Made by a program: the position numbers and the translations under genes. From positions 128,001 through 192,000 of the forward strand of contig CAVSGI010000006.1 of assembly GCA_963727445.1 (NCBI GenBank): DNA of 64,000 nucleotides, given 5' to 3'. Positions 1-11,429 of this stretch are shown here, piece after piece (positions within the stretch are counted from its first letter, which is position 1; every line of letters begins with the position of its first letter). The notes beneath the pieces were generated by a model. It was not told the DNA's origin and made no database searches. It saw only the letters and a program-made list of their open reading frames with translations. The stretch is from an uncultured delta proteobacterium. Its GTDB lineage: Bacteria > Myxococcota_A > Polyangia > Polyangiales > B10-G4.

Positions 1-236
1 CCGGTCTTGAGACCCGCGCCCATGCCGCGGTTCGACGGGTGGCGCACGACGGTGCCCGCGCGGTTTCCGAGCACCTGTCGGGCGCGCTCGGCGGTGGCGT
101 CGTGCGAGCCGTCGTCGACGATCACCACCTCGGCGTCGGGCTCGTGGGCGTCGAGCCACGCGAAGAGCTCTTCGAGAACGGCGCCGATGTTCTCTTCTTC
201 GTCGTAGGCGAGGACGACGATGGACAGATCGCTCAC
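1..236 (-). CDS. Glycosyltransferase family 2 (DPM1-like), N-terminal part; runs off window edge
   Basis: Manual translation from GTG at 236 gives MSDLSIVVLAYDEEENIGAVLEEL...EVVIVDDGSHDAT...HPSNRGMGAGLK, with classic GT2 motifs. The start overlaps the upstream stop codon (GTGA). Confidence 0.85.
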   Translation of the reverse strand, partial: MSDLSIVVLAYDEEENIGAVLEELFAWLDAHEPDAEVVIVDDGSHDATAERARQVLGNRAGTVVRHPSNRGMGAGLKT

Positions 237-748
237 GGTCTTTCCCGGACGACCTTCGCGGGACTTCCGACCGCCACCGCGTAGGCGGGCACGTCGCGGG
301 TGACCACCGCGCCGGCCCCGATCTGGGCCCCTCGGCCGATGCGCACGCCGGGCAGGACGACGGCCGAGACGCCGATGTCCGCGTCGTCTTCGATCACGAC
401 CTCGGCGAAGTCGATGGGCGAAAAGAGGATGGGGGTTTCGCGGCCCGCCTCGGCGTGCCTCGAGGTGATGATGCGGACGCCGGGCCCGATCCCCACCCGC
501 GCGCCGATGCGCAGCCCGCCTGCCGAGTGGAAGAAGCACTGCTGGCCGATCCAGGTCTCGTCTCCGATGTGCATCTCGCGCTCGTAGTAGCCCTTCAGGA
601 TCGTCTGATGGCCGACGTAGACGTTGTCGCCGAGATGGACCTTGTCGGGGTGGAAGACGAGAACGCCAGCCTCGAAGACGCAGCCTTCGCCCGCGCTGGC
701 GAGGTCGCTGGGCACGAAGGCGCCGGTGCCGTGGCTGCGATGCCGCAT
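233..748 (-). CDS. Hexapeptide-repeat (left-handed beta-helix) O-acetyltransferase, maltose/galactoside acetyltransferase-like
   Basis: Repeats such as IGDETWIG and IGARVGIG, then VVIEDDADIGVSAVVLPGVRIGRGAQIGAGAVVTRDVP...VGSPAK. Confidence 0.9.
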   Translation of the reverse strand: MRHRSHGTGAFVPSDLASAGEGCVFEAGVLVFHPDKVHLGDNVYVGHQTILKGYYEREMHIGDETWIGQQCFFHSAGGLRIGARVGIGPGVRIITSRHAEAGRETPILFSPIDFAEVVIEDDADIGVSAVVLPGVRIGRGAQIGAGAVVTRDVPAYAVAVGSPAKVVRERP

Positions 749-759
749 CGCGGGAGAGT

Positions 760-1716
760 CTACGATTTTTCAGGCCGAGAGAGGGGGATCGCGAGCTGCA
801 GGAGCCCGCCCACCGCGCCCAGGCCGAGTTGGATCGCGAACAGGACCAGAGAAGCGGCGGCGGCGTCGGCGGCGTCCATGCCGAGCGCGAGGGAGCACAG
901 GACGACGAAGGCGGCTTCGCGCGCGCCGGCGCCGCCGACGGTGAGGGGGAAGAAGGCCGCGGCGCTGGCGACGGGGACGACGACGAGGGCGTCGGTGAAG
1001 GTGACCTCGGCCGAGATCGCATGCAGCACGAGGAAGCCGGTCAAGGCCGTGCCGATCTGCGTGACGAGCGAGATGGCGAGCCCGCCCGCGAGGCCGACCG
1101 GGCGCGCGAGGGGAGGGAGCTGCTCGAGGCGCGTGCGCAAGAAGCGCGGTGCGAGGCGCGCCCAGCGGCGGCTGGCCGCGATGGCGACGACGGCGAAGAG
1201 CGCGCCCGCGAGGCCGGCGCCGCCGAGGATCGACCCGCTCGTGAAACCGTTCAGCGGGTGGATCACCAGGACCGACCCTGCGACCAGGAGCAGCCCCGCG
1301 AGTCCGAGGACACGCTCGACGAAGACCACCGTGAGCGAGCGCGTCACCCCGGCTTCGCCGAAGCTCTCGCGTCCGACGACACCGCGCACCACGTCGCCTC
1401 CGAGTCCGCCCGGCAGGAAGCTGTTGTAGAAGAGCGCGACCAGATAGAGGTAGTAGAGGCGCGAGAGCGGAGGGCGCTTCGCAGCGCCGTAGGCCCAGAG
1501 GACGACCCGCCAGCGCACCGAGCCCACGCCGAGGTTGAGCGCCATCACCGCGAAGACCAGCGGGGGGACGTAGCTGGGCAGCGAGAGCGCGACGGAGAGG
1601 AGCTCGGCCGGGTCGGCGAGCGACAGGACGTACAGGAGCCCCGCGAGCGTGCCCGTGATCCGCAGCGCGAGGCCGACGTGCCGCCGCCTCTTCGAGGCCT
1701 TCGAATCGTCGCTCAT
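760..1716 (-). CDS. Lysylphosphatidylglycerol synthase TM domain / UPF0104 flippase-like membrane protein
   Basis: Multi-TM protein with RWR, FYNSFLPGGLGGDVVR, ERVLGL and PLTVGGAGARE motifs. ATG at 1716 overlaps the upstream stop (ATGA). Confidence 0.85.
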   Translation of the reverse strand: MSDDSKASKRRRHVGLALRITGTLAGLLYVLSLADPAELLSVALSLPSYVPPLVFAVMALNLGVGSVRWRVVLWAYGAAKRPPLSRLYYLYLVALFYNSFLPGGLGGDVVRGVVGRESFGEAGVTRSLTVVFVERVLGLAGLLLVAGSVLVIHPLNGFTSGSILGGAGLAGALFAVVAIAASRRWARLAPRFLRTRLEQLPPLARPVGLAGGLAISLVTQIGTALTGFLVLHAISAEVTFTDALVVVPVASAAAFFPLTVGGAGAREAAFVVLCSLALGMDAADAAAASLVLFAIQLGLGAVGGLLQLAIPLSRPEKS

Positions 1717-3749
1717 GGCAGCTGTTGGCGCAGGGCCGCTCCCTCGTCGCGCAGCTCGGGTGCCCGCGCGTCGAACGCATCGAGCGCCTCCCGCGCAGCC
1801 CCGGGACGTCCGTCGGTGAGCGCGATCCAAGCGGCTTCGAGGAGGGCGCGGGGATCGCTCGGGCTCTGATGGTCGAGGAGGTCCAGGGCAGCGTCGGTGG
1901 CGCCGCCGAGGGCGAGGAGCACCGCGCCCTGGCGCAGGGCCGTGCCGCGATCGATGCCGACACTCGCGCTCGCGGCGACCACCGGAGCCATGTGCGCGCC
2001 CTCGCGAGGCGGGGGCACGGTCTGCAACAGCGCCGATTCGACCGAGTCCGGGTGGATCAGCGCCCAGCGCGAGGCACGGGCGGCGAGGGCGGGCTCGCGC
2101 CTGAGGGCCAACCGTCGCGCGCGTGTGGCCTGGTACTCGCGATAGATCGCGTGGACGACGCCGTGATCACCGGCTGGGCCATCGCGGGCGAGCGCGGCGA
2201 TGGCGGGCGCGAGACGCTCGCCGCTCGAGGCGCTCAGGCGCGCCACCCTCACGCGCGGATCGCCGAGGAGATAGGGGCCCGCGAGCGTCCCCGCGCCTCC
2301 CGCCTGCGCGTCCATCTCGACAACGATGGGCACCTCGCCCGCGAAGGCCTCCATCGCGCCGCGTGTGTAGCGCTCTCGCGCGTCCCGTCCCTCTGCCTCC
2401 ACCGGGGTTCCGTCCGACGCCGGATGCGATGCGAGCGTGCGCCAATGCCATGAAGAGGTCGCGAGGCCCGAGACGAAGATGGCGACGTCGGGACGTGCGT
2501 CGGCCGTCGCGCGCTCCATGAGCCAGGTGCTCGCAGCGAAGTCCTGGGTCAGCACCACCATGCTGCGCGGGGGAGGCGTGGTGACCAAGCTCGCGCCGAG
2601 GGCATCGAGGGTCGGCGCGTCGGCGTCGATGGCGCTCGGGGCGTCTCGGAGCGCGAAGAGGCTGAGCGTGATGCCGGCGAGACCGAGGAGCGCGTAGCGG
2701 GTTCGCGGCAGGAGCGCCATGCCGGCGGCGCCCACTGCGATGAGGAGCAGCGTCACGGGCCCGGCGTAAGCCACCATGTCCGGCACGCCCTGGTCGATGG
2801 GCGTGATCAGCGCTGCGGCGAGCGCGCTGAAGGTAGTCGCGAGCGCGAAGACGAGGAGGTGGCGCTTCCGGCCTTCGGCGTCACGCGCGCGGCGCGAGAG
2901 TGCGAGGAGGCCGAAGAGCGGCACGAGCCCGGCAGCGTATGGGAGGTAGCGCAGGACGGCGGCGACCTGAGCGAAGAAGGAGCCGCCTGCGCTCCCCAGG
3001 TTCTGTCGGTAGGCGCGCGCGGAGAGATAGTCCCAGAAGCCCGAGAGGGTGGTGGGGTCGCCCCACACCTCGGCGCCGGCGAAGGCGCGGAAAGGAAGAT
3101 AGGCGAGGGGGAGGAGGCCGAGGAGGAAGAAGGCGGCGGACCAAACGAGGGCGCGCTGCCGCGCCGGGCGGTGGCGCTCCACGACGAAGAGGAAGAGGCC
3201 GATGGCGAGGAGCGCCGCGAGGGCGTGAGGTGGATGAAGGCACGCGGCGAGTCCCGCTGCGAAGGACGCCGGGCGCACACCTTCGCAGCGTGTGGACGAG
3301 ACCAGCGCGAGCATCGCCACGCCGAAGAGAGCGAGCGCCAGGGTGTAGACCTCCGGCCGCGTGGCCTGTCTCAAGAGTGGTGGCGAGACCAGCACCGCGA
3401 AAGGGACGACCACAGAGAGCACGATGAGGACGCGGGGCGAGGGCTCGCTCGTTGCGAGGGTGCGCGCGAGGCGCACGGCGAAGAGGCCGGCCACCACGGC
3501 GGCGAGGAGCGCGCCGGCCACGCTCACCAACGTCACGCGGAACGCCGCGGGGCCGAGGGGCAGGAGCGTGGCCGCGAACCCCAGGATGGCGTGAAGTGGC
3601 TGCCCGGGCGGATGCGAGCCCCCGAGCGCAAAGGCGGCGGCCACCAGCTCGCCCGTGTCGAAGGCGTGGGGGCCACTCGCCGCGTGGAAGCACAGGAGCG
3701 CCCCGACGGCGGTGAGCCCGCCGAGGCGGCTCAGGCGAGCCGCGCTCAT
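1713..3749 (-). CDS. DUF2723 / TMEM260-like GT-C membrane glycosyltransferase with C-terminal helical (TPR-like) region
   Basis: FDTGEL...LGGSHPPGQPLH, QATRPEVYTL and AYLPFRA...WGDPTTLSGFWDY match DUF2723 hallmarks. ATG at 3749 overlaps the upstream stop (ATGA). Confidence 0.8.
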   Translation of the reverse strand: MSAARLSRLGGLTAVGALLCFHAASGPHAFDTGELVAAAFALGGSHPPGQPLHAILGFAATLLPLGPAAFRVTLVSVAGALLAAVVAGLFAVRLARTLATSEPSPRVLIVLSVVVPFAVLVSPPLLRQATRPEVYTLALALFGVAMLALVSSTRCEGVRPASFAAGLAACLHPPHALAALLAIGLFLFVVERHRPARQRALVWSAAFFLLGLLPLAYLPFRAFAGAEVWGDPTTLSGFWDYLSARAYRQNLGSAGGSFFAQVAAVLRYLPYAAGLVPLFGLLALSRRARDAEGRKRHLLVFALATTFSALAAALITPIDQGVPDMVAYAGPVTLLLIAVGAAGMALLPRTRYALLGLAGITLSLFALRDAPSAIDADAPTLDALGASLVTTPPPRSMVVLTQDFAASTWLMERATADARPDVAIFVSGLATSSWHWRTLASHPASDGTPVEAEGRDARERYTRGAMEAFAGEVPIVVEMDAQAGGAGTLAGPYLLGDPRVRVARLSASSGERLAPAIAALARDGPAGDHGVVHAIYREYQATRARRLALRREPALAARASRWALIHPDSVESALLQTVPPPREGAHMAPVVAASASVGIDRGTALRQGAVLLALGGATDAALDLLDHQSPSDPRALLEAAWIALTDGRPGAAREALDAFDARAPELRDEGAALRQQLP

Positions 3750-5931
3750 TGCAGATTGATGCGCTGGCGCGTCGTCTCGCCGGGGCGGATGTTGACCGTC
3801 ACGTTCCGGGTCACGCCCAGCTCGGGATTGACGCAGCGAACGGTGTGGCTTCCGGAGGGAAGGGAGCGGTTGACGATTGGCGTCTGCCCGACGGATCGGC
3901 CGTCGATGGAGACCTGACACCAGGGGCGGGCGTCGAAGGTGAGCGAGCCAGGACCGCTTGGCGTCCCCTCGTCCATGCCGGTGTCCATGCCCATGTTGGC
4001 GCCGCCGCCCGGCCTGCGCCTGAGGCGCACCTCGACCGCGGTGGTCTCCCCACCGGGAAGATCGATGGAGCGCTCCTCGTTGCGGAAGCCGCTCCGCGCT
4101 ACGACGATGCGCAGCGGGCGGGCCTGGCGGCGGAACTGATACGGGCTCCCCGTCTCGTACCACTCGCCGTCCACCAGGACGCGCGAGTCACTGGGCACGG
4201 TGGTGATGCGGAGGATGGCCTCGTTGGGCGTGAGCGGGGTGGGCTCGAGATCGAAGACGAGGTCCTCGACCTGCCCCGCGGCCAGCGTGAGAATCGACGC
4301 TGCGCGTGACGTAGCCCTCGAGGGCGAGCGCCAGGGTGTGCTCCACCCCGGGCTGGATCTCGGGGATGGTCGCGGGGGTCATCTGGTCGGTGGCCTCCCC
4401 GTCGAGGAGGATCGCGGCGCCCGCCGGGACCGTGCGGACGTTGATGACGCCGAAGTCTGCCGCAGAGGGCCGCTCGAGGTGCTCCTCGACGGTGGCCGTG
4501 GGCTCCTCCTCGGTCAGGCGCACCTGCGTCGTCCGCGGAGCGAAGCCGTCGGCGGTGAGCTTGACCGTGTAGGTCGCGCCGACGGGCAGCTCGCGGATGG
4601 TGGCCGGTGTGCGTTCGTTCTGCCGGTCTCCGTCGAGCCAGATCGCCGCGCCTGGGGGATCGCTGGTGACCTCGAGGACGCCGGGGCCGGTGCGCACAGT
4701 CGTCTCGGGCGGCCTCGTCAGGAACCACGCGGTGGTCCCGATCGCGCCGATGATGACCAACACCAGGAGGATCCAGGGGACCTTGCTGCTCCGTCGCGCG
4801 TGGACGCCCGAGCGCAGCGCCTCGGCGGCCTCGGCCTCCTCTTCGGCGATCTGCGCGGCGATGACCTCCGCGAGCTGGCGCCCCTCCTGGAGCATCTGCT
4901 TCTGCTGCTCGAGCTTCTCGCTGAAGAGCCCCTGCATCCACTCGCCCAGCGAGAGCGGGCTCACCGCCAGGCGCTCGGCGCGGATGAAGCTCTCGAGGTC
5001 GCTCTGGAACTCGCGGGCCGACTGGTAGCGCTGGTCGCGATCCTTGGCGAGCGCGCGGAGGATGATCTCCTCGAGGCGCGGGCGGCATGTTCGGGTTGAG
5101 CAGGCGAGGGCGCGGGTAGTCGCCCTCGACGATCAAGCGCATCGTGTCGTATTCGCTCGTGCCCTTGAAGAGTCGCCGGCCGGTGCAGAGCTCGAAGAGC
5201 ATGACGCCCAGGCTGAAGATGTCGCTGCGGGCGTCGAGGTCCAGCCCCTGCGCCTGCTCGGGGCTCATGTAGGGGATCTTGCCCTTCAGCTTGCCGCTCT
5301 TCGACTCCTCGACCGGGGTCTTGCCCGCCTTCGCGATGCCGAAGTCGACGAGCTTCACGTCACCGCTGAAGGTGACGAGGATGTTCTGGGGGCTCACGTC
5401 CCGATGGACGATGCTCCATCGGGTTGCCGTCGAGGTCGCGCTGTTCGTGCGCGTAGGCGAGGCCCGCGCAGCAGCCGAGCACGATGGCCAGGCCGTGCTC
5501 GATGCGGGAAGGAGGTGACCTCCTTCTTCTTCATCTGGCGGACGATGGAGCGGATGTCCTCGCCGTGGACGTGCTCCATCGCGATGAAGTACTGCCCGTC
5601 GTTCACGCCGACGTCGTAGATGTGCGCGACGTTCGGGTGGTTGAGGGTCGCCGCGATGCGCGCCTCGTCGAGGAGCATGTTCACGAAGCTCTTTGTCCTC
5701 GGCGAGCTTGGGCAGCACGCGCTTGATGACGATGAGCTTCTCGAAGCCGGCCATCGAGCGCTGGATGCCGAGGAAGATCTCCGCCATCCCACCGACGGCG
5801 ATGCGCCGGATCAGGGTGTACTTGCCGAAGCGCGCCGGCATCTCCTCCTCCGGGCTCACTTCGATGGGCCGGTCGGGAGGGGGCGGGGGCGCCGGGGCTT
5901 GGGCTTGCGACAAGGGGAGAGCCTTGGTCAA
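3746..5931 (-). CDS. Membrane Ser/Thr protein kinase with extracytoplasmic PEGA domains; about 5 frameshifts (~5690, ~5505, ~5420, ~5080, ~4295)
   Basis: Kinase motifs IAVGGMAEIF, VIKR, HRDVSPQN, DFGIAK and GKIPYMSPEQ are spread over ORFs 4099-5931 and 5394-5792. TM and PEGA segments (VTSDPPGAAIWLDG, GQTP) lie in ORFs 4188-4964 and 3746-4198. Confidence 0.85.
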
Positions 5932-5989
5932 CCTCGCGAAAAGGCGAGGAAATGGCGGGGGAAGTATCCCACGACCGGCCGGCTTCGTG

Positions 5990-6640
5990 TCAACCGATCG
6001 GCATGCCGGGGGGCGTCTGCCGGGTGGCCTGCACCAGCTCTTCGAGGCTTTCGGCCACGCGTTCTTTGGTCTTGGGCAGCAGAAGGCCCACGGTGCGGGC
6101 CTCCTCCGCCGTCAGGGAGAGGCGGGGCCGGCTCCCGAGGATCCTCACCAGTCGATCGCGGACGATCGCCGGGTCCCCGTAGCCGTCCGGCACCCCCCAG
6201 TCGGAGAGCCGCTCGACAAGCTCGGCGTAGCGCTCGCGTTGCCCTTCCCGAGCGAAACGCATCTCCTTGCCCAGGCGCGCGGGCGCCGCCGCGGCGATGG
6301 CCTCGAGGTAGGCGTCGCCCACACCTGGCCTGTGGACCAGGAAGCCGTCGATCAGCAGCTCCACCCCGACGTGGGCCACGGCACGCGCGGGGCCCCGTCG
6401 CACGCCCTCGGTCTCGAGCTCGTCCCCCAGCGCGCTGCAGAGGCGCAAGAAGGCGGCGCCGCGGTGGAAGACCTCGTCCGAGAGGTGATGGAATTCGACC
6501 CCCCGCATGACCTCGGGGTGCTGGCTCTTCGCGCCACGGATCCGCGCCATGCCGAGGAAGTCGGGCAGCATGGCCCCGAGAACGAACGCTGGTGTGTCGT
6601 CGTGCGCGAGGGCGACGTAGGCGTGACCGATGAAGTTCAT
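5990..6640 (-). CDS. ACP phosphodiesterase-like (AcpH/DUF479-like) metal-dependent hydrolase
   Basis: MNFIGH...LGAMLPDF...GVEFHHLSDEVFH...AHVGVELLID pattern. ATG at 6640 overlaps the miaA stop (ATGA). Confidence 0.6.
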   Translation of the reverse strand: MNFIGHAYVALAHDDTPAFVLGAMLPDFLGMARIRGAKSQHPEVMRGVEFHHLSDEVFHRGAAFLRLCSALGDELETEGVRRGPARAVAHVGVELLIDGFLVHRPGVGDAYLEAIAAAAPARLGKEMRFAREGQRERYAELVERLSDWGVPDGYGDPAIVRDRLVRILGSRPRLSLTAEEARTVGLLLPKTKERVAESLEELVQATRQTPPGMPIG

Positions 6641-7578
6641 GCCGCGCCCCTGGGAAGCGCTTCGATGCGCGACCGGAGCGCTCCTTCGAGCACCGCGTCC
6701 GGATGCACCGGACCCTCGAAGCCCGGCTCGGAAGAGAACCAGGTCCGCTGGCGGCGTGCGTAGACGCGCGTCGACTTGCGGATGGCGGCGATCATCTCGC
6801 CCTGTCCGAGCTCGCCCCGCACGTGGGCGACCATCTCCTTGTAGCCGACGCTGCCGAAAGCGCGGACCTCGGAGCCGTGACGCGCGAGGAGCTCGCGCAC
6901 CTCGGCTTCGAAGCCCGCCGCGAGCATGGCGTCCACGCGCGCGTCGATGCGCGCACGGAGCCCGTCCGTTCCGTCGCCGGGGCGATCGACGAAGAGGTGC
7001 ACGCCCGGGTAGCGAGCGGCGCCGAGCCCGTGGCGCCGGCGCAGCTCGCCGAGGGCTTCGCCGGTCTGTTCGAAGACCTCGAGGCCGCGGACGATGCGCA
7101 GGGCATCGTTCGGGTGGATGGCTTGGGCCGCGAGCGGGTCGACCTCGGCCAGCCTTGCGTGCATGGCGGGGCTTCCGACGCGCTCGACGAGGGCTTCGAG
7201 GCGGGCGCGGATCGCAGGGTCGACGGGCGGCAGATCCAACAGGCCGCGGAGCAGGGCGCGCAGCCACAAGCCAGTGCCGCCGACCACGATGGGAAGCGCG
7301 CCTCGCCCCGCGACCCCGGCGATCGTTTCGTCGGCGAGCGCCGCGTAGCGCATGGCGTCGATCGCCTCGTCGGGTGCGACGACATCCAGGAGGTGGTGCG
7401 CCACGCCGCCCAGCTCCTCGGCGGTGGGCTTGGCCGATCCGACGTCGAAGCCGCGGTAGACCTGCACGCTGTCGGCCCCGACGATCTCGCCGCCGAGGGC
7501 ACGGGCGAGGGCGATCGCCGCGGAGGTCTTGCCGGCGGCGGTGGCGCCGGCGACGACGACGATGGCGGGGCGCGTCAC
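6637..7578 (-). CDS. miaA: tRNA dimethylallyltransferase
   Basis: GATAAGKT, ADSVQVYRGFDVGSAKP, VGGTGLW, IHPND..RIVRGLEV, YARRQRTWF; lies downstream of mutL. Confidence 0.97.
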   Translation of the reverse strand: MTRPAIVVVAGATAAGKTSAAIALARALGGEIVGADSVQVYRGFDVGSAKPTAEELGGVAHHLLDVVAPDEAIDAMRYAALADETIAGVAGRGALPIVVGGTGLWLRALLRGLLDLPPVDPAIRARLEALVERVGSPAMHARLAEVDPLAAQAIHPNDALRIVRGLEVFEQTGEALGELRRRHGLGAARYPGVHLFVDRPGDGTDGLRARIDARVDAMLAAGFEAEVRELLARHGSEVRAFGSVGYKEMVAHVRGELGQGEMIAAIRKSTRVYARRQRTWFSSEPGFEGPVHPDAVLEGALRSRIEALPRGAA

Positions 7579-9375
7579 TCGCGACCGAGGCGCCGCTCGA
7601 GCTCGGCGAAGCGGGAGGCTGAAGGCGACGGGGCGGCCGTGCGGGCAGTGGCCCTTGAAGTCGCCGATGGCGTCGATGCGCCGCGAGCAGGCGCTGGCAC
7701 TCGTCGGGCGAGAGCGGATCGCCCGCTCGGATGGCGCCGTGGCAGGCCATCGTCGCCAGCGCCATGTCGAAGGCGTCGCCGAACGCCCGCTCTCCCTTCC
7801 GCGACAGCTCGTCGAGCACGTCGCGCAGGAGACGCTCGGGCAGCCGCGCTCGCGAGGAGCTGGGGGACCGAGTGGATGGCGACGGTGGACGCGCCGACGA
7901 GAGAGACGTCGAGGCCGAGGCGCAGGAGCTCCTCACGCCGCTCTTCGACGAGCGCGGCCTCCTCGGCGCCCACCTCGACGCGCTCGGGGAAGAGGAGGCG
8001 CTGCTGGGCGATGCCGCCTTCGCGAAGTGCCTCGCGGAGGGCGTGATAGCTTGATGCGCTCGTCGGCGGCGTGCTGATCGATCACGTGGAGCGCGTCGGC
8101 CGCCTCGCAGACGATGAGCATCTTCTTCACCTGGCCGAGCACGCGCATCGAAGCGAAGTAGCCCTTGGCTTCGAGGAGCGCGGGCGCGTTCGTCTCTTCC
8201 GCCTCGGGGCCGCTGGAGCGATAGGTCGCGGGCTCGTCGCGGAGCGCGCTGGCGAGACCCCACGGATCCGTTTCCGTTTCGCCCTCGTCCCGTCGCTCGA
8301 GAGCCGCGGGCGGGGGCGTCGAGGAGAGCCGCGCCCGCCAGTACTGGCTGCCTCGCGCCTCCGGTCCGCCGAACGCGGTGGTGCCGAGAGAGGCGGCGAG
8401 GGCGCGCGTGATCCCGTCGAGGATGGCGCGCCCCTTCGCGAAGCGCACCTCCGTCTTCTGCGGATGGACGTTCACGTCGACCTCGGCGGGATCGAGATCG
8501 ACATAGACGACGCCCACCGGGTAGCGCCCCGGCGGAAGCACGCTGCCGTAAGCGAAGGCCACCGCGCGCGCCAGGCCGCGATCGCGTACCGGCCGCCCGT
8601 TGACGAAGACGTGCAGGCCGGAGGCGCCGCTTCGCGCGCGTTCGGGCGGGCCGAGATAGGCCTCGACGGTCACGCCCTCCCGTTCGCCGGATGCGCGGCT
8701 CAAGCGTTCCTTGAAGACGCGGGCCGCGCGACTCTCGCGGCTCTTGGCCGGCAGGTATTGTCGGCTGTCGCGCCCTTCGCGCCGGAGGGTGAGCCTCAGG
8801 TGCGGGGTCGACAGCGCCACCCGGAGGCAGGCGTCCGCCACGTGAGCGCTCTCGGTCGCCTGAGACTTCAGGAACTTTCGGCGCGCGGGGACGTTGTGGA
8901 AGAGATCGCGGACCTCCACCGTGGTCCCCGCCGGCGCGCCGACCTCCCGCACCCTCGGATCCCCCTCGAAGCCCGCCTCGATGCAGGTCGCCGCGATCGC
9001 GTCGCTGGTGCGGGTGGTGAGGGAAAACCGAGAGACGCTGGCGATCGAGGGCAGGGCTTCGCCCCGAAAGCCCAGGGTGCCGATGCGCTCGAGATCGGCG
9101 ATCGCCTCGATCTTGCTGGTCGCGTGGCGCTTCATGGCCAGGACGGCGTCGTCCGGCGTCATGCCGTGGCCGTCGTCGGTGACCCGGATCCGCCCCACGC
9201 CTCCGCCATCGATGGCCACCGTGATCGTACGCGCCCCGGCGTCGAGCGCGTTCTCGAGCAGCTCCTTGACGATGCTCGCTGGCCGCTCGACCACCTCGCC
9301 AGCGGCGATTTGATCGGCCAGCGCGTCATCGAGGACGCGGACCCGCGAGGTGGGCCTGTGAACGGCTCCGCCCAC
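7575..9375 (-). CDS. mutL: DNA mismatch repair protein MutL; several frameshifts in the 3' part (~8050-7610)
   Basis: IAAGEVVERPASIVKELLENALDAG, GFRGEAL, DVNVHPQKTEVRF, DQHAADER; ACHGAIRAG and CPHGRP appear in shifted frames. Start (GTG 9375) is approximate. Confidence 0.93.
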
Positions 9376-9538
9376 GGCGCTCTGATGTAACAGAGGACCC
9401 CCTCTGTCGCAACGCGGGCGGCGGCGACAACTCACCGAAGTTGCACGACAAACGAAGGGCGCGGGACCCCCGCCCTTCGTTGACCCCCCAAGGGGCCGAT
9501 GCTACCGTGTGTCGGTCCCTTAGGCGGCCTTTTCCCCG

Positions 9539-11200
<1,662 letters not shown>

Positions 11201-11204
<4 letters not shown>

Positions 11205-11365
11205 TGCCTGGTCCAATGACGTAGAAGGGTTCTCGCTCGTTCGTCGGCCGCCTCGCGGCGTCGGGAAACCTCGAATGTGCGCTGCACGTCCTTCGGTTTC
11301 CCTCCTTGCGACGCGACCGACGCCCGTCGCGATCTCCCCTTCCACCTCATTGGACCAGGCACTGG
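11201..11365. mobile_element. ~165 bp non-coding MITE/REP-like palindromic element with 29 bp imperfect terminal inverted repeats
   Basis: Left end ctagtgcctggtccaatgacgtagaaggg (11201-11229); reverse complement of right end (11337-11365) is ccagtgcctggtccaatgaggtggaaggg, 3 mismatches. Interior also pairs (gggaaacc/ggtttccc). Confidence 0.7.
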
Positions 11366-11429
11366 CTAGGGTGCGTGCCCGCGTTGCGTACCGCCAAACG
11401 CGTCCAAATCAACGGCCGGGCACACGCAC

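Noticed and set aside
5990..8263. 757-aa ORF suggesting a MutL-hydrolase fusion
   Set aside because: A chance open frame joining a shifted mutL fragment, an off-frame pass through miaA and the separate gene starting at 6640.
7575..9375. mutL and other frameshifted genes as true pseudogenes or programmed frameshifts
   Set aside because: Motifs are intact, no slippery-site/stimulator pattern is evident, and indels are scattered over unrelated genes, so sequencing error is more parsimonious.
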